NCBI GenBank assembly: GCA_958296135.2
Contig: CATQHZ020000001.1
Span: 4,256,001-4,320,000 of the forward strand
Direction: 5' to 3'
Source of the DNA: an uncultured Poribacteria bacterium
Lineage (GTDB): Bacteria > Poribacteria > WGA-4E > WGA-3G
DNA length: 64,000 nucleotides
In this document: in pieces, positions 9,107 to 18,930 of the stretch
Layout: every line of letters begins with the position of its first letter
Numbering within the stretch: position 1 is the first letter of the stretch
Notes under the pieces: model-generated
Databases searched by the model: none
Seen by the model: the letters and a program-made list of their open reading frames with translations, nothing else
Told to the model about the DNA's origin: nothing
Translations under genes and position numbers: made by a program

Positions 9107-10294
9107 ATGAAAACACTCGGTAAAGCCACCCAAGCGATACACGCGGGCGAAGACCCGCTTGCGCGCCCAAACGAAAAAAGCGGCACACCTTTGATGCCGC
9201 CCATCTATCAAAACAGCACCTTCCGCTTTACAACCGCGGCGGAATGCGCTGAAGCATGTACCAATGAAGAAAGCGGCTACGTCTACACCCGATGGGGTAA
9301 CCCGACACAGCAGCTTCTGGAACAGAAACTCGCCGTTTTAGAAAGCGGCGAAGCAGCACTTGCAACCGCCTCCGGCATGGGCGCGGTGAGCACCGCACTC
9401 CTCACCGCGCTCGCCGAGGGCGGCCATGTCATCGCGATGGAGACGCTCTACTCCGCCACGCACCACCTACTCAACGAAGACTTGGTGTCGCTAGGCATTG
9501 AGACAACCTTTGTCGATGCCACTGATGTGAATCAGATTGAACGCGCACTTCGCCCGGACACAAAGGTTATCTACCTTGAAAGCCCAACAAACCCGCTTCT
9601 CAAATTGGTAGACCTCGGGGCATGCGCGGAGATAGCCAAAGCGCACGGCGCAATCACAATCATTGACAACACGTTCGCCACACCTTGCGGACAGCAACCC
9701 ATTGCACTCGGCATCGACGTGGTGCTCCACAGCATGACGAAATACCTGAGCGGCAACGGGGCAGTCATCGCCGGGGCGATTGTCGGCAATAAGCAGTTCA
9801 TTGCGCGCGCGAAAACCGGGGCACTCCGCAACTTCGGCGCGGTAATCAGCCCGTTCAATGCGTGGTTAACGCTCCATGGGATAGCCACTTTGCCGCTCCG
9901 ATGGACGCAACACTGCAAGAACGCGTTGCGCATCGCGGCGTTTCTGGAAACACATCCCGCTGTCGCATGGGCGCGCTACCCTGGGTTGCGCAGCCACCCA
10001 CAGCACGAACTTGCTAAACGCCAGATGAACGGGTTCGGCGGGATGATAACTTTGGAACTCAAAGGCGGCCTAAGCGCGGGCGAACGGCTCGTCAATCGGC
10101 TGAAACTCTGCGCATTAGCCGTGAGTCTCGGCGATGTCCGCACCCTCATCTGCCACCCGGCTTCTACAACGCACTCGCTCGTGCCAACCGAAATTCGGCG
10201 GCAGACCGGCATTACAGACGGCATCGTCCGAATTTCGGTTGGCTTAGAGGATGCCGAGGATATCATCGATGACCTGGGACAAGCATTTTCGTAA
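9107..10294 (+). CDS. PLP-dependent transsulfuration enzyme (methionine gamma-lyase / cystathionine lyase family)
   Basis: YTRWGNPT, SGMGA, ESPTNP, DNTF, HSMTKY and SLGD motifs. Confidence 0.93.
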   Translation: MKTLGKATQAIHAGEDPLARPNEKSGTPLMPPIYQNSTFRFTTAAECAEACTNEESGYVYTRWGNPTQQLLEQKLAVLESGEAALATASGMGAVSTALLTALAEGGHVIAMETLYSATHHLLNEDLVSLGIETTFVDATDVNQIERALRPDTKVIYLESPTNPLLKLVDLGACAEIAKAHGAITIIDNTFATPCGQQPIALGIDVVLHSMTKYLSGNGAVIAGAIVGNKQFIARAKTGALRNFGAVISPFNAWLTLHGIATLPLRWTQHCKNALRIAAFLETHPAVAWARYPGLRSHPQHELAKRQMNGFGGMITLELKGGLSAGERLVNRLKLCALAVSLGDVRTLICHPASTTHSLVPTEIRRQTGITDGIVRISVGLEDAEDIIDDLGQAFS

Positions 10295-10368
10295 GTCCCC
10301 ATGCGTTGTTTCAGTAGGCGCGCTTTCAGAGCGCCTACCGGCTAAATTCCGCGTCTCGCCTACTAACA

Positions 10369-11634
10369 TTACCTATCAATCACACCGGGCAGCTCGTTCA
10401 AGCGATTGGATTGTAAATTCTGGATATAATTCTCGTTGACATTGTTCGAGGGATGCGTCGCCTCTTTGTGCGGTTCCGGAAAATCCTTAATCAGTTTCCG
10501 ATAGACATCGTCCGCCAGTTCAAAATCGCCGATGTCCTCATAAATTTTCCCTACCCAGTATTGGGCTTGGCGGCGGTTATCGTAATCGTAGGTAGCGTTA
10601 TCCGCGACTTTTTGATACGCCTCAATGGCATGCGCGGTATCTTTATTCGCGTAAGCAATTTGCCCGATGTAAATCTGCGAGTTTGCGGCGTTCTCGTTGC
10701 GCGGATACCGGTCGATCGCCGCCTCCAGCTGCGCGATAGCCTCGTCATACTTTCCGAGTTTTTCATACGCCCAGCCGATGTAGAAGTGTGCATCTTGTCC
10801 AACCGAGGCATCTGGATAGAGGTCGATCACTTTTTGGTAACCAGCGATTGCCTCCTCGTATTCCCCTTCTGCGAGGTAGGTTTGCGCGACCCCGAAACTG
10901 GCAAGCGGGGCTAATCCCGGGTCGCCGGCATCAACGACGTTTGTAAACTCAACCCGTGCTTTCTCGTATAGTTGTCGCTTGAAGTAAATTTCGCCGGAGA
11001 CGTATAAAATCTGATAAAGCAGCGGGTTATCGCGGAATACCTCTCCGAGGTTATCAAACTGCGCCAACGCCAGGTCAAAATCCCCCTTGCCGTAGTGGCA
11101 CATTGCGATATTAAACTGCGCTTGCGCGACTAAGCCGCTGCCGGGGTATGTCCCGATTAACTCGGTGAAAAGCGCGATGGCTCTGTTGTAGTAGGCATCA
11201 GTTGATTCAAGCGTGCCGGTCTTTTTCAACTGCTCGCCGATCTGGTAAGAAGCGAAGGCGATGGCATACATGGAGTCATCGGCCCACTCGCTGTCAGGAT
11301 AATTGTTAATTAATCGGCGAAACAGCGCGAACGCCTCCTCATCCGTGCGAGTGATGCGGGAAGCGAGCTGATAGATGGCATCGTCCGCCCACAAACTATC
11401 GGGATAGTTATCGAAGACTGCCCGGTAACCGGCCCGCACTTTGCGTAAGCGGTTTTTATCCGGTTCGTCAAGATCAACGGGGGGATTGTCCAATTTTTGG
11501 ACGTCGGCCCATGCCTTGTCTGCGTTGTTGTAATAGTGCGCGTAACTGGTATCGGTGCTTGTGACGCGCCCGAGCCAGAACCCACCAGCGAGCGCGACAA
11601 TGACGCAAATTTCTGCGATGATGAACTTTTTCAT
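10369..11634 (-). CDS. Secreted tetratricopeptide-repeat protein (BamD/CpoB-like TPRs)
   Basis: Signal/anchor N-terminus; repeated YPDS.WADDA and AQF.I TPR units. Confidence 0.85.
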   Translation of the reverse strand: MKKFIIAEICVIVALAGGFWLGRVTSTDTSYAHYYNNADKAWADVQKLDNPPVDLDEPDKNRLRKVRAGYRAVFDNYPDSLWADDAIYQLASRITRTDEEAFALFRRLINNYPDSEWADDSMYAIAFASYQIGEQLKKTGTLESTDAYYNRAIALFTELIGTYPGSGLVAQAQFNIAMCHYGKGDFDLALAQFDNLGEVFRDNPLLYQILYVSGEIYFKRQLYEKARVEFTNVVDAGDPGLAPLASFGVAQTYLAEGEYEEAIAGYQKVIDLYPDASVGQDAHFYIGWAYEKLGKYDEAIAQLEAAIDRYPRNENAANSQIYIGQIAYANKDTAHAIEAYQKVADNATYDYDNRRQAQYWVGKIYEDIGDFELADDVYRKLIKDFPEPHKEATHPSNNVNENYIQNLQSNRLNELPGVIDR

Positions 11635-11914
11635 CGGTATTTCCTCCAAAACGTGTGTTAGTGACTATGATAGCACAATTTTCAAAAGATGTCAAATCTT
11701 GTTTTTAACAGGCGGAGAACCGGTCCCTACGCCTGTTAGGGCCGTAAGAGCTAAAGAGTCGTCTCTCGCGAGCGGGCCCTCATCCTAAAATTCTGATTCA
11801 GACATTGCAAATTACCGCTAAACGTGGTATCATATCCCAATTGGAAAGGAATGAATCAAAAGTCGACATACCTTTGAAACCCCGTTTAGGGGTGCAATGT
11901 TTATAGGAAGATTT

Positions 11915-12649
11915 ATGCAAACCCAACGTATCTGCCTCTGGTCTGGGCCGCGAAACGTTTCTACAGCATTGATGTATGCCTTTGCACAGCGGCGTGATAC
12001 ACGCGTCATTGACGAACCACTCTACGGATACTACCTCTATGCTACTGGCGCGTCGCACCCTGGCAGTGCGGAAGTCATCTCGGCGATGCGGACAGATAGC
12101 GAACAGGTAATCCGTGAGGTTATCCTCGGCCCGTGCGAGAAGCCGGTGCTTTTCATGAAACAGATGGCGCACCACCTCGTGGACATCGACCTCGGTTTTC
12201 TGCGCGAGACGGTGAACGTGCTGCTCATCCGCGACCCGAGAGAAATGCTCCCATCGCTGGAGAAAGTTATCGGGAAACCGACATTAGCAGATACCGGATT
12301 GAAGAGACAGGCGGAGTTGCTGCAGTTTTTGAAAGAGTTAGGGCAGTCGCCACCAGTATTAGATTCGCGTGAGTTGTTGCGCCATCCGGCGAGTGTGCTG
12401 CGTCAGTTATGCGAACGGCTTGGGCTCCCTTTTGAGCATGCGATGTTATCGTGGCCGCGCGGGCCACATCCTGATGACGGGGTCTGGGCGAAACATTGGT
12501 ATCGTAACGTCCATCAGTCGACGGGTTTCGCGCCCTATCGGCCCAAGACAGGTCTGTTTCCGTCAGCGTTGTGCGATATCTTAGAGGTGTGCGCGCCCTA
12601 TTACGAGGTGCTGCGCGCCGATGCGCTCGTTGCCCCCGCTGGGACGTAG
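11915..12649 (+). CDS. Sulfotransferase-like P-loop protein
   Basis: WSGPRNVSTALMY, FMKQM, LIRDP and W..HWY motifs. Confidence 0.85.
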   Translation: MQTQRICLWSGPRNVSTALMYAFAQRRDTRVIDEPLYGYYLYATGASHPGSAEVISAMRTDSEQVIREVILGPCEKPVLFMKQMAHHLVDIDLGFLRETVNVLLIRDPREMLPSLEKVIGKPTLADTGLKRQAELLQFLKELGQSPPVLDSRELLRHPASVLRQLCERLGLPFEHAMLSWPRGPHPDDGVWAKHWYRNVHQSTGFAPYRPKTGLFPSALCDILEVCAPYYEVLRADALVAPAGT

Positions 12650-12769
12650 GGCGAGGGCCGTCACAGTCACGCCTACAGAAAACGTGCGTGTGTCGCCCCG
12701 CGAAAGGATGCTACCTTTAACCTTGTCTTCCCTGCAGCCTCGCTGCAGAGATGGCCACTGTCCCTCGCC
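12645..12769. mobile_element. REP with nested hairpin insert (1 unit)
   Basis: Same insert and same insertion point as at 7631. Confidence 0.75.
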
Positions 12770-12907
12770 GTGTGCTGTTGCGCTTGAGGGTTTGCGAGGG
12801 ACAGGCCCTCGCACTACGGTTAAAAATGCTGTTTTCGCGGCTTGCGAGCCCCGGGTCTTCGCGCGATAGTTGAAGGCGTGAGCGGTTTGATGAAGAGAGG
12901 AAAAACT

Positions 12908-13816
12908 ATGTCCCCACAATTACCTGATGCCAGAAACGAAAACATTTTGATTGCTATCAACGGCGAATTGTTCCACCGCGAAGATGCGAAGCTCTCCGTG
13001 TTTGACAGCCTCGTTCAAGGCGGCGATGGCGTGTGGGAGGGATTGCGTGTCTATAACGGCAAGATTTTCGCATTGGATGCGCACTTGGACCGGCTGTTAG
13101 ATTCGGCGCACGCAATGGCCTTCGCTGGCATTCCGACGCGCGGCGCAATCAAAGCGGCGATTTTTGAGACGCTCCGCGCCAACGGGATGCGCGATGGCAT
13201 CCATATCCGCTTGACGCTCAGCCGTGGCAAAAAGGTTACGTCTAGCATGGACGCGCGCGTCAATCAATACGGGACAACGTTGATTGTCCTCGCGGAGTGG
13301 AAGCCGCCTATCTATGCGAGTAGCGGCATCCGCTTGATTACCTCGGCGATTCGGCGGAATCCACCGCAGTGCATTGACTCCAAGATCCACCATAACAACC
13401 TGATTAACAACATCCTTGCCAAACTTGAGGCGAACGTCGCAGGCGTGGACGATGCGATTATGCTTGACATCCACGGCTACGTTTCTGAAACGAACGCGAC
13501 GAATATCTTTATCATCAAACGGGGTGAGGTACTGACACCGCATGCGGATAGTTGTCTACCGGGGATTACGCGCGGGGTTGTCATCCGCATCGCCCGCGAG
13601 GCTGGCGTGCCGCTGACAGAGCGGAACGTCTCCTTAACCGAGGTCTGGACAGCGGATGAGGTGTTTACGACGGGGACTGTCGGGGAATTGAGCCCGGTGC
13701 TAGAAGTCGATGGCAGGCAGATTGGCGCGGAGGCTCCTGGGCCGGTAACAGCGCGGTTGCAAGAATTGTATGCGGCGTTAACGGCGCGGGAAGGGGAGCC
13801 GTTGCCGCCGCGATAG
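12908..13816 (+). CDS. Aminotransferase class IV (BCAT-like)
   Basis: GDGVWEG, HLDRL, LPGITRG and DEVFTTGT motifs. Confidence 0.93.
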   Translation: MSPQLPDARNENILIAINGELFHREDAKLSVFDSLVQGGDGVWEGLRVYNGKIFALDAHLDRLLDSAHAMAFAGIPTRGAIKAAIFETLRANGMRDGIHIRLTLSRGKKVTSSMDARVNQYGTTLIVLAEWKPPIYASSGIRLITSAIRRNPPQCIDSKIHHNNLINNILAKLEANVAGVDDAIMLDIHGYVSETNATNIFIIKRGEVLTPHADSCLPGITRGVVIRIAREAGVPLTERNVSLTEVWTADEVFTTGTVGELSPVLEVDGRQIGAEAPGPVTARLQELYAALTAREGEPLPPR

Positions 13817-13867
13817 TGGTAAGTTCCGTAGGCGCGGTTTGTAACCGCGCCTACGGCGAGTGCCGGT

Positions 13868-14359
13868 TTACTGCGGTGGCGGCGGTGGCGGCTCGTGAAA
13901 GGGTTGTCCGTTCGCTGCCGCGTCTAAGCGGCGCGTATTCCAAGCGTTCCACTGCCGATACGTTTCAGCGGTGCCTTCGGCTCTACCTTCAACTCTACCT
14001 TCGGCTTTACCTTCGGCTCTACCTTCGGCTTTACCTTTGGTTCTGGCTTCCGCTCTGGCTTGCTCGACGCGCTTCTCTCGTTGCGCGCGAAAATAGTCTC
14101 TCAGAATCATCATGATATCGATACCTCCAAAAATGAAGACGACAGACCCGAGGGCAACGCCCATGAAATCCCCCATGTAGGAAATTATCGATTGCGTTGT
14201 CTCCATCGGTGGTTTGCCTTTTGAAACCTCGTGTCGAATGAGAAAACAGGCGTATACGCCAACTTCCAGCGCGTAAACAATGAACGCCGCCACCACCCAT
14301 CTCAGGCGAACCGTCAGCAGCGACACGCGCGCCTCTGTTCTCTCCGAATCTTTTTTCAT
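13868..14359 (-). CDS. Hypothetical membrane protein with (K/R)AEG repeats and Pro-rich tail
   Basis: Two hydrophobic segments; KAEGRAEG repeats; GGAGG RBS. Confidence 0.7.
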   Translation of the reverse strand: MKKDSERTEARVSLLTVRLRWVVAAFIVYALEVGVYACFLIRHEVSKGKPPMETTQSIISYMGDFMGVALGSVVFIFGGIDIMMILRDYFRAQREKRVEQARAEARTKGKAEGRAEGKAEGRVEGRAEGTAETYRQWNAWNTRRLDAAANGQPFHEPPPPPPQ

Positions 14360-14496
14360 TAGGAATGCCTCCGTATTAAAATACCCTATCTCGCGCTGCA
14401 GATGCAACAAAAAACGCGCGGTTAGGAACATTTGTATAGTATACACTACCTAATAACCTATTGTCAACCTTTTTTCAAAAGACTTTGGAAGGCTAC

Positions 14497-15690
14497 CTAA
14501 ATCTTATAGAGAGATAGACTCGCGAGAATGTCGCTGTCCGTAACGACGAGTGCCACAGCCAAAACTGTTATCGGCAACTCCCCGGCAAACCGCGCCAATT
14601 TTTGCTCATCTTTCTGCGTCGTCACGACGCATTCCGCACCCGTCTGTTTCAACTTGCGTCGGATGCGCTGACAGTCCGCTTCTGTGTAAGCGTGATGGTC
14701 TGGGAATGCGAGTAAATCAACGGTTGCCGGCGTATATTGGGTGAGCGTTGTAACGAAAGCGTTCGGGTTACCGATGCCACACACGGCGAGCAGTCGCTTT
14801 CCGCTGAGCCAACTGAGGGATAATTGTTCCGAATCCCTAGCAGCACGCAGGCGATAGAGCTGCATGGGACGGTGAACACTCTCCATAATTGGCGTATTCG
14901 GTGCTAATCTGCCGAGTTTTTCCTTAATGTCAGAAAGGACAGCTTGCCGCTCTTCTTCCGGTAGAAGAGCCCTCCCGGTCTTGACGTTGACGGGTTTCGC
15001 GCCCCTACCGGGGAGAGCGAAATCGGTCCGAGTCAATAAGATGATGTCGGCGCGGTGGAGGGCTGTGAGGGGTTCACGCAGCGTGCCAGCAGGTAAGAGC
15101 TGCCCTGTGCCGAAAGGGCGTGTCGCATCGACGGTGACGATGTCAACATCTCGGTGGAGTTGACGATGTTGGAAGCCATCGTCAAGGAGGAGCACCTCGC
15201 TTTTAAAGCGAGCCATGGCGAGTTGTCCCGCTGCGTAACGATGCCTGCCGACAAGGATAGGAATGCCGGGGAGGAGGCGCGCCATCATCGCTGCCTCATC
15301 GCCGCTCTCCGCGAGGGAGCAGCGGCATCTCTCGCCATCTGAGACAATCGTAACGTTTTTTGCGCGCTTGAAAAGCGCGCCTCCCGGTCGGGAGGAGTGG
15401 CGTTTGTAACCGCGCAGAAGGACAGCGACGCGCACGCCATCTGTTTGGAGCTGCTTTGCAATGGCGATGACTGCCGGTGTTTTGCCTGTGCCGCCAACGA
15501 CGATGTTGCCGACGCTGATAACGGGGCATGGTAAACGGCGCGTCTGAAAAATGCCGCGCGTATAGAGTATGTCTCGCAGCGATACGACTGCGGCGTAGGC
15601 GCGCTTTAAAAGCGCGCCTACTGGCCAGAGAAGTATGCGGAGAAGTCCTGGCCGGTCGCTTGTAATGAGGGGATAGAGCGCGGATTTCAT
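14497..15690 (-). CDS. lpxK: Tetraacyldisaccharide 4'-kinase containing three REP-derived segments
   Basis: VISVGNIVVGGTGKTP, GDE, LDDGFQH, LLPAG.LRE, FPDHH and TQKD motifs. Confidence 0.95.
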   Translation of the reverse strand: MKSALYPLITSDRPGLLRILLWPVGALLKRAYAAVVSLRDILYTRGIFQTRRLPCPVISVGNIVVGGTGKTPAVIAIAKQLQTDGVRVAVLLRGYKRHSSRPGGALFKRAKNVTIVSDGERCRCSLAESGDEAAMMARLLPGIPILVGRHRYAAGQLAMARFKSEVLLLDDGFQHRQLHRDVDIVTVDATRPFGTGQLLPAGTLREPLTALHRADIILLTRTDFALPGRGAKPVNVKTGRALLPEEERQAVLSDIKEKLGRLAPNTPIMESVHRPMQLYRLRAARDSEQLSLSWLSGKRLLAVCGIGNPNAFVTTLTQYTPATVDLLAFPDHHAYTEADCQRIRRKLKQTGAECVVTTQKDEQKLARFAGELPITVLAVALVVTDSDILASLSLYKI

Positions 15691-16823
15691 TTGAGATGTT
15701 CTGTCACCAGTTGCGCGGTGCGTTCGGCCGCGCCGGTTGAACCGAGCTGCGCGTAAACGGCACGCAACTCCTCACGCTGCGCCTCTCGTCTGTGCGGGTG
15801 TTGGAGGAGCTCAAGAGTGTGTTCCGTGATTGCCCCTGGCGTGAGTTCTGTCTGCAGCAATTCGGGCACAATATCTCTCCCGGCGATGAGATTCGGCAAG
15901 CCGCTCCGCTCCAAGGGGCTCAGCGTCTTGATGATGCGCCAATTAAGCGATGAAGTGCAGAAGAGGATTATCATCGGTGTGCCGATGCACGCCGCCTCCA
16001 GCGTCGCTGTGCCGGAGGTGATGAGCATCAAGGTTGCCGCGCGCATCGCCGAATATGTCGCGTCTTCAATAATGTGAATTGGAGGGATGTCTGAAATCCC
16101 ACGGCGACATTCAGCGAGGAAATCTCGCGAAATCCCCGGTGCTAACGGGAGGAACCACTGCGCGTTCGGATAGATACGCGCGATGTTCGCAACCCCTTTT
16201 AGCACCGGCGGCAGGATGTGTCGGATTTCGGAACGACGGCTCCCCGGCATCAACCCGATGACAAGACTGTCCCTGCTTATCCCAAGTTTTTCACGCGCTG
16301 CTTCAGGAGTGAGAGCTGTCCGTGCAAAATCGACGAGTGGGTGCCCCACAAACTCGGCGTTTGCACCGGCGTTTCGGTAAAACTCTGCCTCAAAGGGGAA
16401 GATGGCGGCGATGACGTTCGCCCACTTTGCCAGTCTCTTCGCACGGCCGGCACGCCACGCCCACGCCTTCGGGGGGATGTAGTAGACAACAGGCACTTGG
16501 TGCTGCCACGCAACTTTCGCCAACGGCATGTTAAACTCGGCGAAATCGACGAGCAGCAGCGCATCGGGACGTTGCTGGCGGATGCGCCGTTTTAGATGCC
16601 GCTGCTTCCGCAGGAACATGGGCAGCGCGCCGATGACATTCGCGAAGCCCATAATAGCGGAATCGCCGATGTGAAGGTCCAACGTTACACCTGCCTTTTC
16701 CATCAAATCGCCGCCCATACCGAAGAGCGTCATGTTGGGGCAGAGTGTTTTGAGGTGTTTTGCGACGTACGAAGCGTGCAGGTCTGCCGAGGGTTCCCCC
16801 GCGACAATCATCACGTTTGGCAT
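15687..16823 (-). CDS. lpxB: Lipid-A-disaccharide synthase
   Basis: VAGEPSAD, WAWR, FVGHPL, PGSR.SE and SGTATLE motifs. Confidence 0.96.
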   Translation of the reverse strand: MPNVMIVAGEPSADLHASYVAKHLKTLCPNMTLFGMGGDLMEKAGVTLDLHIGDSAIMGFANVIGALPMFLRKQRHLKRRIRQQRPDALLLVDFAEFNMPLAKVAWQHQVPVVYYIPPKAWAWRAGRAKRLAKWANVIAAIFPFEAEFYRNAGANAEFVGHPLVDFARTALTPEAAREKLGISRDSLVIGLMPGSRRSEIRHILPPVLKGVANIARIYPNAQWFLPLAPGISRDFLAECRRGISDIPPIHIIEDATYSAMRAATLMLITSGTATLEAACIGTPMIILFCTSSLNWRIIKTLSPLERSGLPNLIAGRDIVPELLQTELTPGAITEHTLELLQHPHRREAQREELRAVYAQLGSTGAAERTAQLVTEHLK

Positions 16824-16991
16824 TTTTTGTCTTTCGCAAGGCGTTTGATGGATACCCAACTAGCGGACACCGTTGTCTTACCAGGGCCGTCATCGATGTT
16901 GTCAATAACTACGTTCCTGGCTCCCATCCTTAACACTGTTAACGATGGAAAAACTTGTGATAGAAAGCGATACAAAAAACGGACGATGCGG

Positions 16992-18035
16992 TTAAGGCAT
17001 CAACCCCGGCACTTGAAGCCCTTCCGTTTCAGGTAAACCGAACATGAGATTCAGGTTCTGAACGACGGCACCTGCTGCGCCCTTGCCCAAATTGTCAATT
17101 GCGGCCATGACAACCACGCGGTTAGTTCGCGCGTCCATCTCAAGTCCAATATCGCAATAGTTACTACCGAGGACTGCCTTCGTTTGTGGGTATTCGCCAG
17201 CAGGTAGCACGCGCACGAACGGTTCGTTCGCGTAGAACGCCGCATAGCGTTCAAGCACAGCCTCCGTGGACATCTCCTGCTTCAGGCGCAGATAGACGGT
17301 GCTGAGAATGCCGCGCGTCATCGGGACAAGATGCGGGGTAAAGGTGACGCAGACCGGTTCAGCCGCAACGGCACTCAATTCCTGCTCAATTTCCGGCGTG
17401 TGCCGATGGACACCGATATTGTAGGCTACGACGTTGGACTCACGATTCGGATAGTGCGTATTGTCGCGAGGCTTCGGGCCCGCACCAGAAATACCGGACT
17501 TGGAATCAACGATGATAGAATCGCGAGCCACCGCGCAGCTGTCAAGCAACGGCATCGCTGCAAGGATGGCACTCGTGGGATAGCACCCCGGATTTGCCAC
17601 TAACCTTGCAGTGCGGATGTCCTCACGATAGCGTTCGGGCAATCCGTATACCGCTTGCGAGATAAGTGCCGGGCTGGTATGCAGCACGTGATACCACGCT
17701 TCGTAGGTATCGACATCCCTCAGCCGATAATCCGCACTGAAATCGACAACACGTAACCCCTGCGCCAGAAGCGGTGGCACGAACTCCATGGCGACTTTAT
17801 GCGGGACCGCCAACACCACGACATCGACCTTCGCCTTGAGGGAGTTGATGTCCAACGCTTCAAAATCAAGGGATAGGAACCCCCGGAGATGTGGCAGGAC
17901 GCTGTCAACGCGCTGCCCGGCGTAAGTTTCAGAGGTGCACAAGGCTACCTGGAGTTCCCCCGGATGGTTGGCGAGGAACCGCAACAACTCGCTTCCGCTG
18001 TATCCCGATGCTCCAACAATGCCAATTTTTGTCAT
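16992..18035 (-). CDS. argC: N-acetyl-gamma-glutamyl-phosphate reductase
   Basis: GASGYSG, ANPGCYPT, SGISGAG, HRHTPEI and DNLGKGAAG motifs. Confidence 0.97.
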   Translation of the reverse strand: MTKIGIVGASGYSGSELLRFLANHPGELQVALCTSETYAGQRVDSVLPHLRGFLSLDFEALDINSLKAKVDVVVLAVPHKVAMEFVPPLLAQGLRVVDFSADYRLRDVDTYEAWYHVLHTSPALISQAVYGLPERYREDIRTARLVANPGCYPTSAILAAMPLLDSCAVARDSIIVDSKSGISGAGPKPRDNTHYPNRESNVVAYNIGVHRHTPEIEQELSAVAAEPVCVTFTPHLVPMTRGILSTVYLRLKQEMSTEAVLERYAAFYANEPFVRVLPAGEYPQTKAVLGSNYCDIGLEMDARTNRVVVMAAIDNLGKGAAGAVVQNLNLMFGLPETEGLQVPGLMP

Positions 18036-18071
18036 ATTTTCACCCTACAGACGATGTGAGGTCCTGTGGTA

Positions 18072-18905
18072 TTATTGCGAAGTCCAACATCCCTCCGTGT
18101 ATGCCTCGCGGTTGAACAATTTTTGACGTTCCGGCGTGGCGCGTGCCATCCATTCCGCGGGAATCTCCTGCGTGTAACGATGCGGCGGCCCCGCTTCCTT
18201 GAAGATGTCGATGGCGAAGATACGGTAAGGTTGCGGGGAATCTACCGGCTTCGCTTCGACAGCGTGGAAGATGCGCGCGTCTATGTAAACCATGCTTCCC
18301 GGCGGCAAGGCGAGGCGTTTCTCTTCTAATTTGCGGCCAGCCTCCGAATCAAAATCGCCTGCCAACATCCGGTCCGGGGTCGCGTCGGCTGTCGGCGCGA
18401 CGCGATGGCTGCCGGGGATAACCTTCAGGTTCCGGTCGCCGTGCGTAAACCCGTTCGGATAGTAGAGAATCTGCACGTAATACTTGTCGCGCTCGGCGAG
18501 GTTGACCGGGTTCTCATGCTTCCAGTGATGATGGTCCTGATGATACGGGATGGCACCGATGCCGCGGGGCGCGATGTTGAGCGCGGAGTGACAGAAGTGG
18601 TAATCCGCGCCGATAGTCGCAGTGACGAGTGCCGAAATGAACAGGTCATCGATGAGCCGGTCGCTGTAGTGTTTACGTTCGTTCCACGGACGCACGAAAT
18701 AGGTTCTCAATTCGCCGCTGTCCTTTTCTAACGACTCAATGTATCGGTTCACGGGTTCAAGGTGCGTGATTTCGTCAGTGAGTCCTTCGCGCGCCTTGTC
18801 CGTAAGCACGTCCGGATAGGCGATATATCCGTCGTGATGAAAGGCATCGATATCGGCCGGTGAGGGGCCAGCTAAGCGGAAAAGTGAATCCAATTGGGTT
18901 GTCAT
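18072..18905 (-). CDS. Phytanoyl-CoA dioxygenase (PhyH) family protein
   Basis: YHQD, LKVIPGSH and PGSMVY...IFH motifs. Confidence 0.85.
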   Translation of the reverse strand: MTTQLDSLFRLAGPSPADIDAFHHDGYIAYPDVLTDKAREGLTDEITHLEPVNRYIESLEKDSGELRTYFVRPWNERKHYSDRLIDDLFISALVTATIGADYHFCHSALNIAPRGIGAIPYHQDHHHWKHENPVNLAERDKYYVQILYYPNGFTHGDRNLKVIPGSHRVAPTADATPDRMLAGDFDSEAGRKLEEKRLALPPGSMVYIDARIFHAVEAKPVDSPQPYRIFAIDIFKEAGPPHRYTQEIPAEWMARATPERQKLFNREAYTEGCWTSQ

Positions 18906-18930
18906 AATCGTTGCTCCTTGCGCGTTCAGC

